From the IMG/VR virus record IMGVR_UViG_3300045988_129428: a DNA stretch of 38,466 nucleotides; one strand, 5' to 3'. The position numbers and the translations under genes are program-made. The notes under the pieces were generated by a model. It had not been told where the DNA came from and searched no databases. It saw nothing but the letters and a program-made list of their open reading frames with translations. This document shows, in pieces, positions 1 through 9,100 of the stretch (the first letter of the stretch is position 1; every line of letters starts with the position of its first letter). This DNA is from a virus.

Positions 1-69
1 CAATTTCTTGTAACCCTTGCCTTTTCTATATTACATAATTTAAATTAAGCAATAATTTCAGATACAACA
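1..69. repeat. Terminal direct repeat, left copy (identical to 38398..38466)
   Basis: Read directly: the first 69 nt equal the last 69 nt. The match is cut off by the window edge. Confidence 0.95.
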
Positions 70-182
70 CCTGAACCTACTGTACTAAAAGTATGCAATT
101 TGATTGTTCTTAAAGTTTATAAAAGTATTGATAATTAAGCATTTTGTTTTCATGTTTTTTATAAAGTTTTATAATTATTCAA

Positions 183-210
183 AACTGAGTCGGGAAAAAG
201 TCGGGAAAAT
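183..210 (+). repeat. 28-nt direct repeat AACTGAGTCGGGAAAAAGTCGGGAAAAT, copy 1; candidate att or integrase arm site
   Basis: An exact second copy at 38340..38367 overlaps the integrase stop codon. Each copy holds two tandem AGTCGGGAAAA units 11 nt apart. Confidence 0.8.
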
Positions 211-229
211 CGCTGTAAAAAACTTACAT

Positions 230-451
230 TTATTTTTTATCAAGCAATCCTAATAAATAAATTCTAGAAAACACTTCAACATTATCTAAAATCATTTTTG
301 TTTCTTCCTCACTAAATAATTTTTCATTTAATTTTACTCTGTTTTTTATTATTTCTGTTATTTCCATATTCTTTCTCCATTCTTCAAAATGGAAACGCGT
401 TTCTTTTTCTATTTGATTAAATTGTATCACAAATTTCTGAGTTGTCAACAA
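230..451 (-). CDS. Hypothetical small protein
   Basis: 73-codon ORF whose track start is TTG with no clear RBS. An internal ATG at 367 preceded by GGAGA would give 45 aa. No recognisable motif. Confidence 0.3.
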   Translation of the reverse strand: MLTTQKFVIQFNQIEKETRFHFEEWRKNMEITEIIKNRVKLNEKLFSEEETKMILDNVEVFSRIYLLGLLDKK

Positions 452-456
452 AAATA

Positions 457-504
457 TTTCGACAAAATGCAGTGATTCCAGGCTTTTTAGAGTATTTGTC
501 GAAA
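457..504. promoter_or_regulatory. Inverted pair of TTTGTCGAAA boxes (457..466 reverse, 495..504 forward) in a divergent intergenic region
   Basis: Read directly. The same TGTCGAA core recurs at 1167..1184. CG-containing motifs are rare in this AT-rich DNA. Confidence 0.5.
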
Positions 505-619
505 AATAAGTGTGCTTGTATTAGGCATTTCAAGTTTTAAATAGTTCGCTGGGAGCGAAGAATAGAATTTTATAAATAATTATAATAAAATTTGAGCATA
601 ATAACTTTAGAGGTAATTT

Positions 620-943
620 ATGTTTGTTTTTATTATAAAAAATGTTAGAGAATCTAAAAATATAACTTTATATAGATTAATGAAATTAACTGGTCTTTCT
701 TATTCTTATCTTTCTGAATTAGAAAATAACAAGGTATTTAATCCCAGTTTAAAAACTATGTACACAATTGCCACTGCTCTTGATGTCAAAGTAGATGATT
801 TATTTTATAGTGAATTAGATTTGAAAAAGCTACGTGCAGAAATGCACAATAGAATTGAGATTTTTGGACTAGATTCAAAAGAAGTTCTTGAAGTTAGTCA
901 AATTATAGATCTACTTATAAATGTCAAAATGAAAGAGAGCTAA
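620..943 (+). CDS. XRE/SinR-like HTH regulator with Spo0E-like C-terminal domain
   Basis: RBS AGAGGT lies upstream of the ATG. The N-terminal LSYSYLSELENNKVFNPSLKTMYTIATALDV resembles the SinR HTH (SYLSSIERN..NPS). The C-terminal LKKLRAEMHNRIEIFGLDSKEVLEVSQIIDLLIN matches the Spo0E-family helical hairpin (SQELDxLI signature). Confidence 0.8.
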   Translation: MFVFIIKNVRESKNITLYRLMKLTGLSYSYLSELENNKVFNPSLKTMYTIATALDVKVDDLFYSELDLKKLRAEMHNRIEIFGLDSKEVLEVSQIIDLLINVKMKES

Positions 944-959
944 CTAAATATTAGCTCTC
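935..959. terminator. Hairpin between convergent genes (GAGAGCTAA-7 nt-TTAGCTCTC)
   Basis: Perfect 9-bp inverted repeat spanning both stop codons. There is no strong U tract on either side. Confidence 0.4.
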
Positions 960-1120
960 ACTTCTTTGCAGAGTTCGTTAAAATTTTTATTGCTTATATA
1001 TCGTAAACTTTCAGCAGTCAATACGTTATTTTTAATTGCATACTTGTCCCATTCTTTTTTGCTTAATATCTTTGGTAATTCTCTCATCTTTCGTAGTGAT
1101 TTTTGATACATTCTTTTCAT
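944..1120 (-). CDS. Hypothetical small protein
   Basis: The ATG at 1120 is preceded by GGGAG; the track start at 1129 is GTG. 58 aa, basic, no recognisable motif. Confidence 0.45.
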   Translation of the reverse strand: MKRMYQKSLRKMRELPKILSKKEWDKYAIKNNVLTAESLRYISNKNFNELCKEVRANI

Positions 1121-1166
1121 CTTAATCACTCCCTTAATTTATTATAGCACATTTAGCAAAATATTT

Positions 1167-1184
1167 GTGTCGAAGCTTGTCGAA
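1167..1184 (+). promoter_or_regulatory. Two direct TGTCGAA boxes (GTGTCGAA, CTTGTCGAA)
   Basis: Read directly in the second divergent intergenic region. Same core as 457..504. Confidence 0.45.
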
Positions 1185-1328
1185 CGAAAAATTGCGTAAA
1201 ATCAAGGAAAAATCGACGCTCCAGAATCGATTTTAAGGCGTTTTTATTTCTTAGACAACAAGTTATATGGCTCAAAAAAAGAGTCGAAAAAGTCTTTTTT
1301 TAATTTTTAAACTTTTTTTCAAAAAGTA

Positions 1329-1357
1329 TTGACAAGTCGTAACGACTTTGTTATAAT
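1329..1357 (+). promoter_or_regulatory. Consensus sigma-A-type promoter with a palindromic operator in the spacer
   Basis: TTGACA (1329..1334), 17-nt spacer, TATAAT (1352..1357). The spacer contains the palindrome AGTCGT-A-ACGACT (1335..1347). Confidence 0.7.
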
Positions 1358-1389
1358 ATAATCAAGTTAAGCGAAAGGGGAATCTTAGG

Positions 1390-1605
1390 ATGGAAAAATT
1401 TATAGAAAAAGAAACTGAAAAAGCATATTTAGTGAATGTTAAGGTTGAAAATGTAATTTTAGATAAAGAAAAAATTATCAAAGTCTGGATTCCCAAAAGT
1501 GCAATTACCATAAAAGGACATGAAATTCGTATTGCGTCATGGATAATTCAAAAAAATATAATAAGACAAGATGGAGATACTTTCAAGGGTTTTGTTATCG
1601 CATAG
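1390..1605 (+). CDS. Hypothetical small protein
   Basis: ATG preceded by AAAGGGG. First gene downstream of the consensus promoter. 71 aa. Confidence 0.6.
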   Translation: MEKFIEKETEKAYLVNVKVENVILDKEKIIKVWIPKSAITIKGHEIRIASWIIQKNIIRQDGDTFKGFVIA

Positions 1606-1616
1606 GAGGTTAAAAA

Positions 1617-2078
1617 ATGGAAAAAAGAAAAGCAAATATAATTTTTAACAAAAATGGTCAAGGTTTTACTACAATAAAAATCACATTACCAGTAGGCTGG
1701 ATTAGAGAGATGGGCTTCACAGAAAATGATAAAAAAGCTGTTATAGAGTTTAAAGATAAAGAAATTAAAATTAAAAAGGAGATAAAAGAAATGAATAGAT
1801 TTGAAATTATTGAAAAAATGTTTGAAAAACTTAATATTATTGTAGATGGTAGAGAAATTTGGAATTTAATTGAAAATGATATAAATTCAAATGGAAAAAT
1901 GGACGGAGTTCATTCTATTGAGTTGGGAAAATTGGGTGATAATAGAGATTTATGTTTTGCAGAAGTTGAAATTAAAATGAATTATTCAGAAGAAGATGAT
2001 ACTTATGTTACTGATATAGAGATTCTATCTATTAGTAATAGCAAAGAAGTTATTTATCCCGAAGATATTGAAGTGTAA
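1617..2078 (+). CDS. AbrB/SpoVT-like (looped-hinge) DNA-binding domain protein with an unknown C-terminal domain
   Basis: RBS AGGAGG. The N-terminal TTIKITLPVGWIREMGFTENDKKAVIEFKDKEIKIKK fits the SpoVT-AbrB pattern (v.iPk.ir..lg...gd.v.i....i.i). Confidence 0.65.
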   Translation: MEKRKANIIFNKNGQGFTTIKITLPVGWIREMGFTENDKKAVIEFKDKEIKIKKEIKEMNRFEIIEKMFEKLNIIVDGREIWNLIENDINSNGKMDGVHSIELGKLGDNRDLCFAEVEIKMNYSEEDDTYVTDIEILSISNSKEVIYPEDIEV

Positions 2079-2184
2079 GTGAATAATTAAGTAAAATAAG
2101 CTAGGCATTATTTTCCCAAAAATCCTTGATAATATTATATAAAGTATGTTATTATATAATATATAAATTAAAAAGGGGCAATAT

Positions 2185-3129
2185 ATGAAAGAAAGTAAAA
2201 ATGAAAATAATTTACCGATGAACTGGCTTAATTTTTGGAAATATTTCAGATTTCCCGTTTCGTTAATATTATCATTTATGAATATTTCTTCGGTTATTTA
2301 TTTAATAAATTTAAATAATGCTACAGTTTCCGCTAAAACGTTAATTGCAATACTTATAGATATTTTAATTTTGATTTTTATATCTGTAACTTATGCTTTT
2401 TTCTTGGCTCGTAAATCTATATCGTACAAGATATTTATTTGTTACTTAATTATAATAGAATTGATTTCGACTCCAATTTTAAATATAGTAACTAAATATT
2501 TATATATTGGCTTTCCTACACTTCCAGAACTTATTACTGAATGCGCTTTTACTGTAGTTATATGGGGACTTGTATGGATATTGCCTAATTATATATATTT
2601 CAGTAAACGTGAAAAATATTTTGATAAAAAAAATGATGAATTAGATTTAGATGTTGATAAAATCAAAAAACAAGAGGAAACTGCTGATGCAAAAAGCGAA
2701 GAAGTCCAAAAGCACACTTTTCCTACTTCAATAGAATTTATTCATGAAAACACAAAAAATTTAAAGATAAACAATAAGTTTATAACATGTTTAATACTTA
2801 TAATTGTTGAAACAATAGCAATTTTAATACTTGGAATATTTCTTTTTAAAGAAAAGAGTACTGCTGATAATCAAATGGCTAAAATAATTTCTCTTAATTC
2901 AGAAATAAAGGAACAACGTAGTTCTGCTAGTTTATATAAAACATTGTATAATGAGCAAGAAGATAAGGTAAAATTCATGGACGACCATGTTGTAATTGTA
3001 CCAGAATATACTAATATTTATCACAAATATGAATGTCAATACCTTGACTTAACAAATGGAGGATATATATTTAATCCTGAAAATGCTGAAGCTCAAGGAT
3101 ATAAGGCTTGTAAACATTGTAATAAGTAA
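2185..3129 (+). CDS. Multi-pass membrane protein with a cytoplasmic coiled-coil and a C-terminal Cys/His motif
   Basis: RBS AAGGGG. Several hydrophobic helices lie in the first ~150 aa and another near aa 200-225. The C-terminus is IYHKYECQYL...GYKACKHCNK. Confidence 0.7.
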   Translation: MKESKNENNLPMNWLNFWKYFRFPVSLILSFMNISSVIYLINLNNATVSAKTLIAILIDILILIFISVTYAFFLARKSISYKIFICYLIIIELISTPILNIVTKYLYIGFPTLPELITECAFTVVIWGLVWILPNYIYFSKREKYFDKKNDELDLDVDKIKKQEETADAKSEEVQKHTFPTSIEFIHENTKNLKINNKFITCLILIIVETIAILILGIFLFKEKSTADNQMAKIISLNSEIKEQRSSASLYKTLYNEQEDKVKFMDDHVVIVPEYTNIYHKYECQYLDLTNGGYIFNPENAEAQGYKACKHCNK

Positions 3130-3139
3130 ATAATATATT

Positions 3140-3171
3140 AGAACCCAGGCTAAATAAATAGTCTAGGTTCT
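3140..3171. terminator. Bidirectional terminator hairpin between convergent genes
   Basis: AGAACCCAGGCT-8 nt-AGTCTAGGTTCT (imperfect), followed by TTTTAGTTTTT on the plus strand. Confidence 0.55.
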
Positions 3172-3179
3172 TTTAGTTT

Positions 3180-6100
3180 TTAATAATCATATGAACCATC
3201 TGGAAATTCTTTATCTGGTTTATTAAGTGTTACCCCTGCAAATTTACTCATAATTTCTAGTTTTTCTTTTACTGTCCTGTTTGGCATATTTCTTACATAA
3301 TTTTCTACTATTTCTCTATCTGAAGCATTTCTTGGTCTATATTCTAATGCATATAAAATAAGTTTTTGAGTGTATGTAGCTCCTTTTATTGAGTAAATAT
3401 AATCAAATACTTTGTCTTTTTTGCTTCCTGTTATCGACTTTCCATTAACTGTTCCATCGTCTTTCTTATCTGCTTTAAATTCTTGTGCTTTATATTGTAA
3501 GTACTTACTCATATTTAAGCCCGAGCCTGTAAAAGATTCTTTAACTATATCATATTTTGTATCCTTTTTTCCTAGCGAATTTTCATATATTGCCTTTTTA
3601 GTTTTTTCATCATATTTACTATTGGCAAGAACCTCTAATTTTTCTGAATCTTTGTCTAATCCTTGTGTGTTAGCTAAAAATTCAAAATAATTGCTAGTAT
3701 TGCCACCGGTTTTTTTAATAGCATTGGTTACTTGTGATAATGTACTCTGTTCATTCTTTAAACAATTTTGTCTGGCATAATCAATTTTTACTTGTTCTGT
3801 ACTATAACTATATATTTTTTCTATTGCTAATTGCTTTTGAGAATCGGACAATTTTTTATATCCATCGGAATTTATTAAATTCTTTAATAATTCATATGAA
3901 GTTTCTCCAAATTGTTTTTTATATTTAGCAAATTCTTTTGATGTCATAACATATTTCTTTTTATCTATTGTCAGATTCTTGTTTATAGTATCAGGGAATA
4001 CTGAACTTTCTCCAGTATTCTCATACACCTTAGTAATCTCTTTGTCTACATTGTTTGAATTTAATTCTTTTCTTGCCCATGGAAATACTGCATTTTCCAA
4101 TGCTCTTAAAGCAATGTTATCTGATTGTTTCTGTTCTTGTCCCCATATATCTGTTTTTATTGGAAGTTTTTGTCTTAATCCTGGAATTTTATTCATTATT
4201 TGAGTTCTTGTTGTATCTATTGCTTTTGGTAATACACCTGTTTTTGTCGAAGTAGTATTTCTTTCATATTCATCAGTTGTTTTAGCAATTTGACCTAAAG
4301 CTGTTGGTATAAATTGATTTACGTATGATTTAATTGAATTTGTTCCTATACCAGCCAACATTTTTGAACTTCCTTGATCATAGCTTTTAAGTGCAGATGT
4401 CAAACCACTAAGCATAGACATTTCAGTCATTGGGTTCATTGCATTACTAAATGAATCTAAGATGTTCATTGATGCGTCAACTACTTTGTTATAGTATTCA
4501 TCCTCATCACTAGAAGATGTTTTCTTTTCTTTTTGAGTTTTCATTAATTCATAACATTCTGCTCCTATAAATAACGGAATGCCTGATGGAGCAAGCCAAT
4601 CTAATGAGTATGTATTGTTTCCAATTGTTATTGCATAGTTTTGACTGCCTCTTCCTTCTTCAAATTTTTCCTTGTCTTCATCATCGCTTCCAGTTGCCTT
4701 TAAGACTCCACAGTTTGCAAGAGCATATCCCACTAATGCTATTCCTGTTCCTGTTAATCCTTTAGAAATGTTGTCTATATATTTATTAGCTGTAATATTG
4801 CCTTTTCTTAGTTGAACTGTATCATATACTGCACTTTTTACTAAACCAACTGGGCTATATTCTAGTCCAGCTTTTGCGACATTTATAGGTGTTTTTTTGA
4901 ATGGCAATGTAGCATCTAATACAAACTTTGAGAATTTGTTCTTATTAGATAATTGATTTATCAACGAAGCTAATTGACTGTCTTGATGAAATGTAGCTTC
5001 TTTCGCTTGTTCAATAGCAAAATTTCTTGCTTTTCCTAGCTGTTGGTCTGTTATAGTGTCTGGAGTTAATTTGTTTGCAGTCATATATTCTGATAGAGCT
5101 TTCACATAGCCTGCTTTTAATCCCCAACCATCTTCCGCTTCTAGTGCTTTATTATTTAAGTCAAACGCTTTTCCAATTGTATTTTCCATTGCATCGCTTT
5201 TAAATGTACGCATATTATTTTCTAGTCTAGTTTTGGGATTATATTTATTTTCATTCAAACCTAGTCTGTCAACAACATTTTCTATATCTGCCTTAGCAAA
5301 TGCTTTTACTTCTTTGCTAGCTGGAATTACGGTATGATTTCTTTCCATGTCTGGATTTATTTTACTTACCGCACTTTCTATTCCTCCTGCAACTTTATTC
5401 TTTATTCCTTGTACTCCCCCCATTGCTGTATTTCCTACAATGTTTCTTATATGGGTTCTAGGATTAGCCAACATTGAGAAATATCTCCAGGCATCAATTT
5501 TTTGTGCCGTTGTTTTTGTTAATTGTTGTCCTAACTCTTTATATACTTCATTTAAGTTTTGTTCTAGTACTTTAGCGTTTTCAGAATTAGTAATTTTGTT
5601 TAGCATTTCTGGTGTCAATTTAAATTGTTCCGCATCTTCTCCTCTTGTTCTTTTTAAGTCTTTGTTCATTTTGTCTACTGACCTTTGCAACCACACTGCT
5701 TGACCTTCTGGAGTTTGATGATTCAATAAAGACATTGCTTGTACTGTTTGACCTGCTGTTGTTCCTGCCATTGCTGTTGCTTGAATGGCATCTTGCAATT
5801 TTGATTTATTACCAGTTTTAGAATAATATTGTATTAACCTTTCTCCTATTGCTATGTCTTCAGCCTTTATAGTACCTCCAGTAGTTGCTCTTGATAGTAA
5901 AGACGATAATTCACTATCAGCTCCAGTTGTTGATATTCTGTCATCAGCTAATTCTAATTGTTTTGAGTTGGATTCTGGAACATAAGTATCAGTTCCCATT
6001 AAACTTTTAGCAATTGCCTTTGCTTCATCAGTTGTATAGTTACTTTTTATTATTGACTCATAATGCTTTCTTCTTTTTTCGCCCTCTTTCTTCTGTTTAG

Positions 6101-9100
6101 TCCACTCGCCAGTTTCTAATTCATTTGACTTATGTGTTGTTTGAGCTTGTTTATTTTCCTGTGTCTTGGTATACGAATTAGCATTACTTGCTTTTTGTAC
6201 TAATATATCCTGCATATTAGTTCTTGTTCCAGAAGCTTTGAAATTATCTTCTAAATACTTTTGCCACGAACCACTCTCTTTTTGTATAGAATATCTATTA
6301 TTCTCTGGAAAATAACCAAATTCATTTATATCATCTCCGCCCCATAAAATATCTTTTGCTTTTACTTTAAGTTCTAAAATATTTCCTTTTCCATCTAACT
6401 GTGAATTATTGTGTAATTCTGCATATTTTTTTGATGGAGTAACCCAATCTCCAAAATTTATTTCATTTCCTGGTGTTGCTCTATATATCATAATCTCTGC
6501 ATCAGGTTTTTTTCTAACTTTTTTCAAAGCATTGAGAGATTCAATATTATAATCTTCTCTCATATTAATATACCATTCTGGATGTTCGAAAACCCCATCC
6601 ATATTTCTTTCAAAATTAGAAGCATTTCCATATTCTTCTGATGGTCGATGAGTCATCATATAATCCGTTTTGTTTTCCGCTTTGTTTGATTCTAGATATA
6701 TTTCACTGTTTGTCGACTCACTGTTATTAACTATATATTCAGCAATATCCGTTCCTAATGTTTTTTCTAACGAATGCTTATCAATAAATGAACCATCATA
6801 AGTTATTTTTCCTGAATTGTTTACCGCTTGTACATAATACACTCCATCTTCTCTTGTTCTAAAAAACAAAGTACTTGCATTATTTAAATTTTCATTTCCT
6901 GTTACATCAAATCTTTTGTCTTGCATAGAAAAAGAACCTGAATTGTTTTCAGATTCTTGCATAGAATATTTAGTAGTAGTATTGACATCTTTGGTTTGAG
7001 GTGCTATACTATCTTTAATAGAAGAGTTAGCAACGTTGGAATATTGTATTCTTTCATTGAAATCTAACTCTTCATTTTTTTTGTATATTTGTTCAAAATT
7101 ATTTTTATTTATATAATTATCTAAATTGTTTCTCCCATAAACACTTTTTATTTGGTTTTCATCTATAAATACATTGTTGTATCTTCCATTGCCATTTATT
7201 TGTATTGGTATAACAATTTCTTTTCCATTATTATCCTTAAATTCTGTAACTACTAAATAATTATTTTCACTTGTTTTATATATAGCTTGTGGGGAGTCTA
7301 AGTTATCAATTGCTTTAATCAATAAATCTTTTCCTAATCCATGGTAATTTACATTCTTAGTTGGCAACCCCAAGTTTTCTGCTTCTTGTAGTGTATAAAT
7401 TGTGCTTTTTATATGTTTTTGAGTAATTAACATTGGTAAATTATCTACTCCATTATCTACCAGTATTTGAGGAGTATAATCCCTTGCTTTTACTTGAGTA
7501 TTTGATTGTAATTGATTATTTAGTGCTTTATCTATTTCACTTGAAAAATTTTCACTTATGTGATAATTTTCCGTATTTTTTAATTCACTATTGCTATTAT
7601 ATGCCTGTGTCCATTTATTGTATAAATCTTCTACAAATTCATTCTGGTTTTTATAGCCTCTAAATTGGTGCCATAAATATTTTATTTCATTATAAATCTT
7701 TTTAAAGAACGATGGATTTGTGTTTGCTACATTGTTAATAAATTCCTGATTTCCAAATAGCTGTGCTGAGACATCTGCTAGTGCTTCTTCTGTTATTTCA
7801 GTAGAATTGTAGTTACCTAATAGTTGTTTTACTGATGTATCAAATTCTACATTACTTTTTCTGTAATTCTCTACAATATTTAGCATTTCTTTTGTTCCAA
7901 TTGCATGTGTCAATTCATGTATTGCTATAAATTCTCCTGCTCTGTTAGAATTAGGGTTTATTGTTATTGTTCCATTAGCATATGAACCATTGACAACTCT
8001 TCCATCTGGAGTTTTTAGTTCTCCATCTAGTCTTATATCTATATCTTTATCTGTTATAATTTTCTCTAACATGTCAATATAAGCATGAGATTCTTTTGAA
8101 TTATCAAAATATTTACTTGCATCTTCTCTTAAATTGTTTATTTTAGCATTGTCGCTTTTTTCATATTGATAACTTTGTGTCAAAAATTCTTTGTTATTTT
8201 CTACAGCTATAGTATTTGTTATATCATTTGTTAAAGAATTATTTTTTCTAGTTTCATTCACAGCATTATTTATTGTATTTACCCACTCGTCTGATGTAAA
8301 TTTCTGAAAAGCTACAGATGTTTTTGATTGACTATCATATTGTGTTATACTTTTACTTGGCTCTATATCGAACCAACTTTTATATGCAATTTGCTCTATC
8401 TCTGCATTGCTTTTGTTAGCTATTCTCTTGCCAATCTCGTCTGCAACTGTCAACCATTGCTTTACAGTTCTTCTTCCATTTCTATTAGTAGGTGTCATAT
8501 CTAGTACTTCATTTACCTCTGTTGAATCATAGATATTAGTATCATTCTTATACTGCATATACTTTTTTCTTCTTGCTTGGTCATTTTTAGAATCTATTTT
8601 TGTGTCTAATCTATTTGCATCTTCTAAAGAGTTAATATTTTGCCTTATTGAACCAATATCTGCATCTGATACTTCATTCATGTTGTTTAATACATCTAAC
8701 ATCATTGTTTTATAATCTTCTGATATATTACTATTTGTTATTTCATTACCTGCTATTTGTTTCAATTGATTTGAGTATGTATTTTCTTTGTTTACTGCCG
8801 GTAAAGAGTTCTGTTCTACATTTATGTTATTATTTTCTTTTATTGCTTCTATAGAACCTTTTATTACTTCTTCTACATTTATTTTACCACTATTTTGAAT
8901 ATCTTTCATTGCTGTTTTTATTTCATTTTGTGTTACTGCTTGTCCATTATTATGTTTGTTTACAACATTTACAGCACTACCAATACCAGCACTAACTCCT
9001 GATAACAATACTGCACTTAATGCTCCATCTATACCCGAATTAATCATTCTTTGCCCCATATTATTCCAATCGGCGCTTTCTTTCCCACCAGTAATTGTTG

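Noticed and set aside
545-559. Small hairpin TTCGCT-ggg-AGCGAA upstream of the HTH/Spo0E-like gene
   Set aside because: The stem is short (6 bp) with no flanking context that suggests a function. Noted only as part of the regulatory region.
6306-6653. Possible ADP-ribosyltransferase signature in the giant protein (MIYRATPG ... VTPSKK ... INEFGY)
   Set aside because: The spacing between the putative Arg, Ser-Thr-Ser and Glu elements does not fit the R-S-E class, and no clear ExE is present. Left as an unassigned domain.
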